From: a virus
Taxonomy: Duplodnaviria > Caudoviricetes
Virus record (IMG/VR): IMGVR_UViG_3300012953_000078
Coordinates: 1-37,937 of that record
Reading direction: 5' to 3' (one strand)
Length of the DNA: 37,937 nt
The notes under the pieces were generated by a model. The model saw only the letters and a program-made list of their open reading frames with translations. It ran no database searches and had not been told where the DNA came from. Below are positions 1 to 9,375 of the stretch, piece after piece (position 1 is the first letter of the stretch; every line of letters begins with the position of its first letter). A program made the position numbers and the translations under genes.

Positions 1-2975
1 GGTACATTAGAACCACCTGAGTCACGAACACTTATTTTTCTTGCTTCTTCATCACCTGAACGTGCAGTAAGTTTGGTTCCAGTTAAACTACCATTACCAT
101 CATTACCATCTGCACCATCAGTACCACCAGTGTATGCAAATTGAGTACCTGGTGTGTTCCATCCTGTATCTTTAACCAATCTACAAATACCCTCTTTAGT
201 AATAGATCTCTTAGGATCTTTATTAGTATTATAAGGTGTTAAATTATTTGTAGAGTATACCAATCCTATTGTAAGATCATCTGCTTTTGAATATGCACGT
301 TCAGGATCAGAAACAGGATTGTCTCTATCAAATGTAGGATATACTTCATTAACATTCTGAGAGAACTTCCTATCATTGAAGTTTGCTGCACCAGGTGTAA
401 CAGAAGCATAAAGAAGAGTTAAGTAAAATATACCATCAGCAACACCATTCTCAAATGCTTGAACTTTTTCAATATCATATATGTAGAAACATCCATCCAA
501 ACTATAATTACTATCACTAGTATTAGTTGGTTGCATAACATAACCACTCAACGGATCTCTAGGTAGAGGATTCGTCTTATTCTTATCAATCACATAACGT
601 ACACGATATGTTCTATCTTGTAAATCTCTTGGGTCAGCAATTCTCTTAATAAATGTTGTTGGTGTAAACGCAACATTATTATAATCTGTATTTGTACTTA
701 ATGTTGTGTATATACTATTTGTAGAAGTATCAGGATCTACAGAAAGATACCAACCACCTGTAGTTTCTGCTGTACTATCATTATCTAAATCATATATTGT
801 ACTATCATATTGAATAGGTGATCCAACAGCACCAGCAGCAATACTTGAAATAGCAGGTCCAGCAGGAGTTATTCTTGCTGATTGAATTGTAGGTTCAGTT
901 GCAGATGAAGTTGCATTTAATAATACATTAAGTTTATCAGGTATTGCACTTGCACCAGTACCATCTTGTCTAGCACCAACAGCAAAACCCTGTACCTTAG
1001 CAGTAGGTGGAGAATTCTCATCAGTATATCCAAATAGATATAACCTAGAACCAGAAGTTCCACCCATAGAACTTAGTTTAGCATTGATACCTTTTGTTCT
1101 CTGAATATCAATGTTAACCCAGTTAACAGATGTTTCATCACCAAATATAATATTATTATTAACTGTAGTAGTTAACGCTGCACTAATAGTTGCTTGATTA
1201 TTTCCATCACTCTTACTAACAACAGTAGTACCAGCAGGAACACCAGTACCAGTTACTGACATTCCAGTTAAGACACCATAAATTGAACCATCAGAAGGAA
1301 GTGTTAATATAGTTGCACCACTTGTTCCTGTACATGTAACAGAAATAACTGGTAATGTCTTAGGTGGAATAACATGAGTTATAGTACCTGCCTTATCTTT
1401 AGAGAATGATTTCTTTTTAAATCCTGCTGCTCTTAATGCATTATTACCAAAGTTAGAGTTTGAGTTGGTAATTGACATGTCAGCACCACGCTCACATGTG
1501 AAGTGTGCTTGATATCCAACAGCGAACACAGAAACTGCCTGAATAAATGCGTCATCAGTTGCGACAATATGTCTATGACCCCAATCCTTTCTATACTCAG
1601 CATAACCATCTAAGTGAGCACCAGATCCAGTTGCTTGTGCATCATAAGCACCAGTAGATGCATTATACTTAACAAATGCTCTGTCATCTTTTTGTAGTGA
1701 CAATCCAGTAAACTGAGCAACAACCATTGATTTAAAACCAGTTGCTTTGGAACCATCTGCCTTCATTCCATTCATACCCCATACACTTCTTAGTGATAGG
1801 TTAAATGCATATGGTGAAGCAGAGTCAACTGTATCAATCTCTGTCTTAACAACCATATTGGTACCATCAGCAACACCAGATGGTTCTGAAGATAATTGAT
1901 ATGAGAATGAACTCTCACTTGGAGTTGCTGTTACAGTGAATGAACCATTGTAAAGTGCAGCATCTGCCTGAGGTTGTGGACCTAGAGATCCAGTAACACC
2001 ACTGATATTAATGTTAACACCAACAGAGAAACCATGATCTGTATTGTTACCACCAGCATCAACAGTAGTTGCTGTTGCAGTTGTACCATTCGCTGAAATG
2101 GCACTAACTCTATATTCATCAGCAATTGGACCAACAATTCTGTTCTCTTCAACTCTTGCCTGTATTTGGTCTTGAGAAGGAATACCAGATGTATCAGGAA
2201 TTGTAGCGAATGCTTTAGATATCTTTTGATAATATATTTCTAAATCTGTTCTATCTTCAATGAAAGGAATGGCAGAGTAGTCTCCACTAGGAACATTACC
2301 TTGTGCTATAAGAGTACTTAATTTGTTTACGTCATCAGCAAAGTTAAAGCATGTAAGTCTATGGTGTGAGAACTTAGGTGCTAAGGTTGCAGTAGAGTCT
2401 GGTTTAAAGTATACACCTTCTTCTGCTCCATCAAAGAATGAGAACTGCCAGAAGTATGTACCACCAGTAACTTTGAAGATTGCAGTTCTAGGTGGAACTT
2501 GTGCTTCTGTGTTAATACCTTGTGATGCTAATGTTGTAGGATACGGAACATATTTTGGAATTATTTTAGTTCTTCTAAGGTCTGTACCAACAACAGAACA
2601 ACCTCTAGGTACAATAATACCACCTTCGATGGAATTATATTTGTATAATACATTGTTAGGTGACGTTAAATCTAAATTTGAGTTAGCATCAATTGGAGGA
2701 ACATTTGTATACATGATTTCTCCAGGACGATTGTCTACCACATATTCAGCAGGGTAGAGCATGATGCTGAAAGCATCAAATTCGTCATTACTTAATCCAA
2801 CTCTATATGAAAATCTTGCTACTTCAAGAAATGCTCGTTGCAAACTCTTAAACGGACGCAATGCAGAGTTACCTCTGTTATCAATAGCATCAGAGGCATC
2901 AAAATCATCTGGGTTGACATATATGATACGTCCCGTACGGGACGTAATAATATTCTTGAGTCTAGTAAGAGCCAT
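1..2975 (-). CDS. Large virion structural / tail-fibre-like protein, 3' part beyond the window (>=991 aa)
   Basis: Absent from the ORF track because there is no stop in the window. ATG at 2975 reads MALTRLKNIITSRTGRIIYVNPDDFDASDAIDNRGNSALRPFKSLQRAFLEVARFSY..., an N-terminus typical of large cyanomyophage structural proteins. The same frame reads ...RDSGGSNV at the left edge. A late promoter-like motif lies upstream. Confidence 0.75.
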   Translation of the reverse strand, partial: MALTRLKNIITSRTGRIIYVNPDDFDASDAIDNRGNSALRPFKSLQRAFLEVARFSYRVGLSNDEFDAFSIMLYPAEYVVDNRPGEIMYTNVPPIDANSNLDLTSPNNVLYKYNSIEGGIIVPRGCSVVGTDLRRTKIIPKYVPYPTTLASQGINTEAQVPPRTAIFKVTGGTYFWQFSFFDGAEEGVYFKPDSTATLAPKFSHHRLTCFNFADDVNKLSTLIAQGNVPSGDYSAIPFIEDRTDLEIYYQKISKAFATIPDTSGIPSQDQIQARVEENRIVGPIADEYRVSAISANGTTATATTVDAGGNNTDHGFSVGVNINISGVTGSLGPQPQADAALYNGSFTVTATPSESSFSYQLSSEPSGVADGTNMVVKTEIDTVDSASPYAFNLSLRSVWGMNGMKADGSKATGFKSMVVAQFTGLSLQKDDRAFVKYNASTGAYDAQATGSGAHLDGYAEYRKDWGHRHIVATDDAFIQAVSVFAVGYQAHFTCERGADMSITNSNSNFGNNALRAAGFKKKSFSKDKAGTITHVIPPKTLPVISVTCTGTSGATILTLPSDGSIYGVLTGMSVTGTGVPAGTTVVSKSDGNNQATISAALTTTVNNNIIFGDETSVNWVNIDIQRTKGINAKLSSMGGTSGSRLYLFGYTDENSPPTAKVQGFAVGARQDGTGASAIPDKLNVLLNATSSATEPTIQSARITPAGPAISSIAAGAVGSPIQYDSTIYDLDNDSTAETTGGWYLSVDPDTSTNSIYTTLSTNTDYNNVAFTPTTFIKRIADPRDLQDRTYRVRYVIDKNKTNPLPRDPLSGYVMQPTNTSDSNYSLDGCFYIYDIEKVQAFENGVADGIFYLTLLYASVTPGAANFNDRKFSQNVNEVYPTFDRDNPVSDPERAYSKADDLTIGLVYSTNNLTPYNTNKDPKRSITKEGICRLVKDTGWNTPGTQFAYTGGTDGADGNDGNGSLTGTKLTARSGDEEARKISVRDSGGSNV
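2927..2946. repeat. Perfect 20-bp palindrome TACGTCCCGTACGGGACGTA
   Basis: Read directly; it is identical to its own reverse complement. Confidence 0.9.
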
Positions 2976-2993
2976 TTCTTAAAACTTTCTAGT

Positions 2994-3001
2994 TATTTAT
3001 T
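2994..3001 (-). promoter_or_regulatory. T4-like late promoter (AATAAATA)
   Basis: NATAAATA motif in the short intergenic gap, about 20 nt upstream of the ATG at 2975. Confidence 0.6.
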
Positions 3002-3006
3002 TGAGA

Positions 3007-4449
3007 CTATGTGTAGTTACGAACGCCTAATTCGCTTGTCGCATCCTCGAATCCATCGAGAGTAAACACATTGTTCTGAGCAGATGCTTGAACAATTAAA
3101 CTCTCACCAGGTCCAAGTACGACAGAAGTAACTCTATCATAAGTGCCTGAGGCAACATTCTTATCATCTACGATATAATGTTGTGCTTCAAGTACTGTTG
3201 TATCAGTAGTTATACTACTAACTGTACAGAATGATCTTGCTGCCCCTGTTAGAAGAGGAGAATCAAGAAATATATCAGATCCAGCAAAAGCACCAGATCC
3301 AGCACCCTGAATAACCTTAAGTGCAGATCCAGTATAATCTCTCACCACACCCCACTTACCAGCAGTTTGTCCTGAAACTGTATAAGTTGTGCTATCTGCT
3401 AAGAAACCATCGGTACTATTAACCCAAGTTCCTTCAACATCATAGACATAAATTGAATTATACTGAGCACTAGAAGATGTAGATATCGCTCTTTCAGTAC
3501 CACCATAACCAGAGTTAGCAGCAGTACCAGTTGTGCCATCGTAAATGTATAAAGTAGTAGCAGGGTTACCTACTGTGAAATCAAACGTGACATGAGCACC
3601 TGCATTACCAGGAGTTCCACTTGCAGTTCTACCATCAGTATATTCTGTACCATCATCAGAGTTACCTGCAGTTCCATCAGGACCCCACTCACCATTGACA
3701 ACTGTAGATAAACTAAAGTCTAAGTTTGCCATTGATGCATGAGAAACATCAAACTTATAAGTTCTGTCCTGAAATAATGATAGACTATAGTCACCACTTG
3801 CTGCCTTAAATCCAAAAGTTGAACCATCAGTTGATAATACAAACTCATTACCAGCAGCACCAACACCACCTGTGGCAATCGTTGCAGTACCACCAGATCC
3901 AGCAGTCACACTATCAGATGCAGCAAATTCACTACCACTTCCATTAATTGTACTTGGACCAACTAAGATAAATGTGCTATAAGCATCATATACAGTTGCT
4001 GTTGTTGTATTACCACCACTTCCTTTTGTTATTGTCGTTCCTTCGTTCCAGTCACCAGAAATAGCACTAGTAGTTAAAACTCTTATGGATACTGATTGTA
4101 CATCAATCTCAGTGCTTTGTGGGATATAAAATGCATGAAACTTTGCTTTCTTCTCACCATCACTACTAGTTAATTGAGTACCAGGTGGTAAATTAGCACT
4201 ACTTGGAATGTTTGATGATAATGTAAACCTTTGATTGGTTATAATATCACCTTTATGAAACTTATATGTCGATGCATCCATCGCTAAGTTCTGAGCATAA
4301 TCTTTAATTCCTGCTTTGTAAGTAGCAGCAGTACCATCATTGGCTACCGTTAACACTGCACTAGCAGATTTATCAGTCGCTGCTGTGTACAGAACCGTAT
4401 TGGTTGTAGCCGCTGGTTTAGATTGTCCTAAAAGTCCTGTTTTAGCCAT
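3007..4449 (-). CDS. Virion structural protein (G/S/T-rich, beta-strand rich)
   Basis: 480-aa ORF with the composition and context of tail/fibre genes. Confidence 0.6.
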   Translation of the reverse strand: MAKTGLLGQSKPAATTNTVLYTAATDKSASAVLTVANDGTAATYKAGIKDYAQNLAMDASTYKFHKGDIITNQRFTLSSNIPSSANLPPGTQLTSSDGEKKAKFHAFYIPQSTEIDVQSVSIRVLTTSAISGDWNEGTTITKGSGGNTTTATVYDAYSTFILVGPSTINGSGSEFAASDSVTAGSGGTATIATGGVGAAGNEFVLSTDGSTFGFKAASGDYSLSLFQDRTYKFDVSHASMANLDFSLSTVVNGEWGPDGTAGNSDDGTEYTDGRTASGTPGNAGAHVTFDFTVGNPATTLYIYDGTTGTAANSGYGGTERAISTSSSAQYNSIYVYDVEGTWVNSTDGFLADSTTYTVSGQTAGKWGVVRDYTGSALKVIQGAGSGAFAGSDIFLDSPLLTGAARSFCTVSSITTDTTVLEAQHYIVDDKNVASGTYDRVTSVVLGPGESLIVQASAQNNVFTLDGFEDATSELGVRNYT

Positions 4450-4458
4450 TGTAATTAA

Positions 4459-5779
4459 TTAGAAACCTGCGTAGAAGAATTGTTGTAATCGTGTGCGACC
4501 AGTTAAGTTTTCTGCACCAATACCAGCACCAAAGTTAACATCATCAACAGTTACGTTGTCTGTAGATAATAGTGTGGCATCAGAATCAGGGAACTTGATC
4601 GTTCTGTTTCCAGAGATATTAGATGTGTCTAATGTAACTGTATTCAGTGAATTAGAAGTATTCTTTATCTTTGGTTGAACTAAGGTCTTATTTAATAGAT
4701 CTTGTGTCGCCTTCTCCAGTACAGTAATATTAACTGCACCTGGATTATTTAGCGTATCAGTAGGAGGGTAACCTACAGAATTGTTTGTTGATGTATTAAG
4801 ATTAGATAGATTAAATGTCAATCTCTTTGTAGCATCAATAGAATCCGCTAATATAAGATTGATAATTGTTTTTGCAGTAAGAGTCTGAGCATTATCAACA
4901 CCAACAAGAGTTAGACTCAAGTCAGGTACTGTAATAATTCTATCTGCTGATAGTGCATCAGTATTAAACTGGAAATTTTTTGTTGCCAATTCTGCGTTTG
5001 CTGCAAACTTAGGTGCTGCAAATGTTTTATTCAGAATTGTTTGTGTAGATTTTGTATCTATTAATGTAGATGATGTTGGTAGGTTCAGCAGTAGTTGTTA
5101 CTGTACCAGCATCAGGTAAGAAGAAAGATCTCCTTTGAGTTTGAGAATCAGTATAATTTAATTGAAATATTGCTTCATCACTACCATCATTAAGTACAAA
5201 ATTATCCTCATCAATAAGAATGGTTTTGTTTCTTAACGTCTGTGTAGTATCATCACCAACAACGACTGTTCCATTACCTTGTGTGATAGCAGGGAAAGTA
5301 AAGATACGAGTTGTAGTACCAGTACCAATATTACTTACCTCAAATCGTGCTTGCGGACCTTGTGCATCTTGTAGAACAAACTCTTGGTCACTAATCAAGA
5401 ATTGACCCGTAACTTTAACAGAACCCGTTCCTTTTGGTGATAAAACAATATCTGCATTAACTGCTGTTTCATCAACTGCAGTCATGTATAATGATGAACT
5501 TGTAGAACTATTAGCAATTCGACTTAAATATAAACCACCATCACCAAAACCGATACCTAATTGATCATATGCCGTCTGGTATAATCCAGTATCTCTGTCC
5601 AAGTCAAAGCACAATCCAGGATCCGTTTTGGTCCCCTGCGACAATCCTTTAAATAATTGGTTAACCTTTGCCTTCCTATTCGGTATCAAAGGATCTGATA
5701 CAACCACTGGAAGAATTGCTTCTCCTGACAAATTAGAGTCTGCGATTGTATCTAATTGCGATATCTTTTTAGTTCCCAC
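4459..5779 (-). CDS. Structural protein split by a frameshift near 5078 (track ORFs 5027..5779 and 4459..4989); an assembly error or a pseudogene
   Basis: The upstream frame reads ...TVTTTAEPT and then degenerates. The shifted frame continues TSSTLIDTKSTQTILNKTFAAPKFAANAELATKNFQF... into the downstream ORF and preserves the recurring QT(L/I)xNKT repeat. Confidence 0.75.
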
Positions 5780-5806
5780 GAATCATCACACGATTTGCTA
5801 CACGTC

Positions 5807-5814
5807 TATTTATA
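5807..5814 (-). promoter_or_regulatory. T4 late promoter TATAAATA
   Basis: Exact gp55 consensus, intergenic, upstream of the GTG start at 5779. Confidence 0.8.
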
Positions 5815-5826
5815 AGCTATACTATA

Positions 5827-6369
5827 TTAGTGACGCAAGGATGGTTGTCCTAACGTATCAAAATAATTAAAATTGATAACTACCCTAGATTTTGCATCAG
5901 TACAACTAGCACCTTGATGTTTCATATGTGCTGGAAACTTACATAATCTATTAGCAACACTCTTTACCTTTCTACCATCTAGAAACTCAGTATATCCATT
6001 ATTAGTATTAACATAATAGATTGCAGTAGTTATTTTATCAACAGGCATTGGATGAGTAAAATCTGTATGAAAATCTGTATCTTCATTTTCTATAGTATTA
6101 GTAGTTAAATTTGCTTTAATACGCAACCACATATACGCATTCAATCTATCCTTAAATATGTCTATAATACCCTGTGCTGATTCACTACACATTCCACCAT
6201 CAGGATCCCAAAGTAAATGGCAAAATTCAAACCATTTAAGGTTGTTCCTTTCATGATCATTATCATGATTGACATAAGGAATAAAATACCAACTAAATTG
6301 TTTCCCCATGAGTGCACGTTGAACTTCTTCAAATACACGAGGGGGTAAGAAATCATCAATTATTTCCAT
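5827..6369 (-). CDS. 2OG-Fe(II) oxygenase superfamily protein
   Basis: HTD ... H (MKHQG) ... R (SRVVINFNYF) facial-triad pattern; a common cyanophage family. Confidence 0.8.
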   Translation of the reverse strand: MEIIDDFLPPRVFEEVQRALMGKQFSWYFIPYVNHDNDHERNNLKWFEFCHLLWDPDGGMCSESAQGIIDIFKDRLNAYMWLRIKANLTTNTIENEDTDFHTDFTHPMPVDKITTAIYYVNTNNGYTEFLDGRKVKSVANRLCKFPAHMKHQGASCTDAKSRVVINFNYFDTLGQPSLRH

Positions 6370-6475
6370 GAGAATGTAGTTTTTTTAATGCCTCCTTAAC
6401 TTCAGGAGTTTCTTCCCACTCCCAAGTTTCTTCACGTCCTTTTTTGTCAATTTTTTTCAGAGTTTTTTTAGTCAT
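6356..6475 (-). CDS. Small hypothetical protein (39 aa, MTKKTLKKIDKKGREETWEWEETPEVKEALKKLHSHGNN)
   Basis: Hand-translated; it fills the gap between two co-oriented genes with tight spacing. Confidence 0.55.
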   Translation of the reverse strand: MTKKTLKKIDKKGREETWEWEETPEVKEALKKLHSHGNN

Positions 6476-6479
6476 AGTT

Positions 6480-7073
6480 TTATTTAAAGAATGGACCTCT
6501 CATCCAAGCAACGAGAGAAGTGCGTTTACCTTTTCGGACAGGTCTTACCCTGTGTGGTAACCATGCAGGAAAAATGATAGCAGTTCCTTTAGGTGGTTTA
6601 ATAGATTGATAAAAAGCATTATGATAATGAAATTGAATTTCACCACCCTCATACTCATCAGGGTCATTAAGAACTAAAGAACAAGAAAGTTTCCTCTCTT
6701 GCTCAGGATCATTAAGAACATTAGTACCATTATCTACATGCCAGTTATAATGCTGATTTTCCTCTCCATTATACACTGTTACTTGAATTTTAGAATCAAA
6801 TTGTGTTAAATCGTAATTAAAATAAGCATTATTAGCAAGGATCATCTGATTATGGATAATTCCAGCAATCCATTCATCCCAAGCTATCCAAGCAACATCA
6901 GTATTACGCCATTTTTTAAGTTCTTCGTTCTTTTCTGTATGGTTTCCTGTCTGAGCAGTTTCATATGTTAAATTACTACAATGATCAATAATTGAATCGA
7001 TCATTGCATCTGGTAATGCTGTTGGTGATTCCCAAAGCAATCTATCAGTAAAACAAATTGGTTGATGTGTCAT
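6480..7073 (-). CDS. 2OG-Fe(II) oxygenase (PKHD-type/prolyl-hydroxylase-like)
   Basis: Motifs YNWHVD, RKLSCSLVLNDPDEYEGGE and FPAWLPHRVRPVRKGKRTSLVAW. Confidence 0.9.
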   Translation of the reverse strand: MTHQPICFTDRLLWESPTALPDAMIDSIIDHCSNLTYETAQTGNHTEKNEELKKWRNTDVAWIAWDEWIAGIIHNQMILANNAYFNYDLTQFDSKIQVTVYNGEENQHYNWHVDNGTNVLNDPEQERKLSCSLVLNDPDEYEGGEIQFHYHNAFYQSIKPPKGTAIIFPAWLPHRVRPVRKGKRTSLVAWMRGPFFK

Positions 7074-7121
7074 AATATGTTGAGGGCACCCTTTCTAATT
7101 AGAGATCTTTTGTACTCCCTC

Positions 7122-7691
7122 TCATTGTCTATAATATGTTTCTTCACTTTCATGAAAATCCCACCATCCTGTTATTATATATTTGTGTTCTGTAGGTGAT
7201 ATTTCACCACGATGTGTGTAAGTCCATTGTGATGGCCAAATCACAGTCTTACCCTTTCTTGCTTTACATGTATAATCTTGATGATAAAAATGTGTTCCTC
7301 CACCATCATGCACATCATTCAAATATGTCATATAGACTAAATGTCTACGTGGTAATATACCTTCTCCATTCTCTTCACAATGCCAAACTTTAAATCCTTC
7401 ACCTGGTTTATACCATTGTATTCTAACAGGTTCTAAAATATCAAATGGTGCATAATAAGTAGCATATGGAAATTCTTTTGTGTATTCATCTAAACAAACA
7501 TAAAGTTGTCTAAGATATTCATTCATAACAGGGACAGAAAAATCTGTATACTCAGCATCTGTTGAGTGTTTAACACTTTTAACTACCCCTCTTCCAACAG
7601 TTCCAGGTGCAATATCGGATCTGTGAAAGTATGCGATTAATTCATCACATATATCTGTATCAATATTATATTCTCTAATAAAATTTTCCAT
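7122..7691 (-). CDS. 2OG-Fe(II) oxygenase superfamily protein
   Basis: Motifs GFKVWHCE, YLNDVHDGGGT and WPSQWTYTHRG...KYIITGW. The ATG at 7691 overlaps the purN stop. Confidence 0.85.
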   Translation of the reverse strand: MENFIREYNIDTDICDELIAYFHRSDIAPGTVGRGVVKSVKHSTDAEYTDFSVPVMNEYLRQLYVCLDEYTKEFPYATYYAPFDILEPVRIQWYKPGEGFKVWHCEENGEGILPRRHLVYMTYLNDVHDGGGTHFYHQDYTCKARKGKTVIWPSQWTYTHRGEISPTEHKYIITGWWDFHESEETYYRQ

Positions 7692-8206
7692 CAATGTGCA
7701 TTAATTACCAGTGGTAAGAGATCATGCTCTGCCTGTTGTATTGCTCTAGTTAATGATTCTATTGTTTCACCAGGTAATATAGGTACTACTTGCTGTCTAA
7801 TTATATCACCAGAGTCAAGTTCTTCTGTAACATAGTGTACTGTACATCCAGTTTCAATTTCACCTGCTTCTAATGCTTGTTCTACAGCATGTAATCCTTT
7901 ATACTTTGGTAGTAATGATGGATGTAAATTTATAATCCTACCCGCAAATTCATCACAGAATTTTTTAGATACGATCCTCATCCATCCTGCCATTACTATC
8001 ATATCAATTTCATATGCATGAAATATTTTTATTATATCATCTTCATCTTTACTATAAACACAAGGTATATCTAACCTTTCTGCTCTTTTTCTTGCTTTAC
8101 ATTTCTTTTTATTGTACACCATTAGCACAACATCATGTTTAGGACATGAGTGAACTACATTCTCGAAGTTGCTCCCATTACCAGAGCACATGATTCCTAA
8201 TCTCAT
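7691..8206 (-). CDS. purN: Phosphoribosylglycinamide formyltransferase
   Basis: Motifs SGNGSNF, MAGWMRI, INLHPSLLPKYKG and TGCTVHYVTEELDSG. Confidence 0.93.
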   Translation of the reverse strand: MRLGIMCSGNGSNFENVVHSCPKHDVVLMVYNKKKCKARKRAERLDIPCVYSKDEDDIIKIFHAYEIDMIVMAGWMRIVSKKFCDEFAGRIINLHPSLLPKYKGLHAVEQALEAGEIETGCTVHYVTEELDSGDIIRQQVVPILPGETIESLTRAIQQAEHDLLPLVINAH

Positions 8207-8784
8207 TTTGGTTCTACGATGTCGAAGTTTGCAGAGAGTGATGATCTAATTAGATCAGAATTGTGAGGTGCTACAGCATGTAATTGATGACCAGGAAAGA
8301 ATATTATATCTCCTGCTTTAACGTCAGGAGTCCACCTATCCGTTACATTCATCAATGTCTGCATCTTATGAGATAATTGATTACCATTTCTATCATGGAA
8401 ATAGAATTTAGCAAAATCATCTCCATCATTAACAAAAAAGACACATACGAAATCATGTTTAGCATGATCATGTGTCTCTTGGAACCCACCTTTTGAATAC
8501 TTATTGATCCAAGGATTCCACATATAATATCGTAAATCTATTTGTAATGCAGAAGCAAATTGCCTAATACTAGGTTCTAATAAAGGAAGATATTTCTCCG
8601 CTTTAACTCCTAGAGTTTTAACATTACATAGTTCTTGCCATGTAAAGTTTTCTTCAGTTGCTTTCTGATCATGACACCAAGGTGGTAAATCCTCAGATGT
8701 ATCAGATTCTATAGTATCAATAAGTTCTTTAGCATTTGGTGCTTGGAACTGGTGATAGAAAGCATTAGGAAATAGAATCTGCAT
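8203..8784 (-). CDS. 2OG-Fe(II) oxygenase-like protein (TIGR02466-like, HxH type)
   Basis: Motifs WINKYSKGGFQETHDH and GDIIFFPGHQLHAV...RSSLSANF. Confidence 0.8.
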   Translation of the reverse strand: MQILFPNAFYHQFQAPNAKELIDTIESDTSEDLPPWCHDQKATEENFTWQELCNVKTLGVKAEKYLPLLEPSIRQFASALQIDLRYYMWNPWINKYSKGGFQETHDHAKHDFVCVFFVNDGDDFAKFYFHDRNGNQLSHKMQTLMNVTDRWTPDVKAGDIIFFPGHQLHAVAPHNSDLIRSSLSANFDIVEPK

Positions 8785-8908
8785 TACCTTTCAATTTTTT
8801 GATAAGAGTTTTAGTCCTTTTCTTAAGTTGACGCAAACGAGCAGACGCTAACTTAGATTTTAAGTTACGTCCCATTTTTCTAGGAGATTCATGACGTTTA
8901 AGACGCAT
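8765..8908 (-). CDS. Small, highly basic hypothetical protein (47 aa)
   Basis: Hand-translated as MRLKRHESPRKMGRNLKSKLASARLRQLKKRTKTLIKKLKGNADSIS; it has its own promoter upstream. Confidence 0.65.
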   Translation of the reverse strand: MRLKRHESPRKMGRNLKSKLASARLRQLKKRTKTLIKKLKGNADSIS

Positions 8909-8930
8909 CGGTCTGCCTGTTTACTGGTGA

Positions 8931-8959
8931 AGTCTAACGTATTTAGTCTTCCTTGTCAA
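8931..8959 (-). promoter_or_regulatory. Composite promoter: sigma70-like TTGACA-N17-TAGACT with a late-type CTAAATA (8940-8946) in the spacer
   Basis: Read directly; the spacer is exactly 17 nt. Confidence 0.65.
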
Positions 8960-9170
8960 CTTGTTCTAGAAACTGCTCTCTAAATTCTTCAGCTACTGAC
9001 ATAACTTCTTGATCTACTGGAGGACCAGATTGAATAACTGGTGACAATAATGCAGTAGATCCATTTTTACATGCAATTCTCCATACAGTACGATTCCTTT
9101 CCGTCATTGATAACAGGAAAGGTAAATTATTAATTGCTTCTTCTTCTGTAATATCTTGAACATCAGTCAT
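8943..9170 (-). CDS. Hypothetical cyanophage protein
   Basis: The probable start is MTDVQDITEEEA at 9170, overlapping the upstream ORF end; the track start at 9212 lies inside the upstream gene. Confidence 0.65.
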   Translation of the reverse strand: MTDVQDITEEEAINNLPFLLSMTERNRTVWRIACKNGSTALLSPVIQSGPPVDQEVMSVAEEFREQFLEQVDKED

Positions 9171-9324
9171 TTTTAAACTCCACTTTAAGTTTAGCGTCGG
9201 ATAATGCACCAACCATTTCCCATGCTACCTCTCCTGATACCATGTACTGATCACAAAAATATTCTATGGAATCTTCAATGATGTCCTTGAGTTCCACTAA
9301 TTGCTTTTCCCTTTCGTTATTCAT
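9163..9324 (-). CDS. Small hypothetical protein (53 aa)
   Basis: Hand-translated as MNNEREKQLVELKDIIEDSIEYFCDQYMVSGEVAWEMVGALSDAKLKVEFKND; it lies downstream of a sigma70-like promoter. Confidence 0.65.
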   Translation of the reverse strand: MNNEREKQLVELKDIIEDSIEYFCDQYMVSGEVAWEMVGALSDAKLKVEFKND

Positions 9325-9346
9325 GGATAAGACTCTATACTAATTC

Positions 9347-9375
9347 ATCATACCATATCTATCTGGTATCGTCAA
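9347..9375 (-). promoter_or_regulatory. Sigma70-like (early/middle) promoter TTGACG-N17-TATGAT with extended TG
   Basis: Near-consensus hexamers with a 17-nt spacer, upstream of the ATG at 9324. Confidence 0.65.

Noticed and set aside
2323-3065. Plus-strand ORFs 2323..2757, 2761..2982 and 2838..3065
   Set aside because: They are antisense shadows of the long minus-strand gene starting at 2975.
5070-5085. Programmed frameshift at the split structural gene
   Set aside because: No slippery sequence or stimulator is visible, so an indel is more parsimonious.
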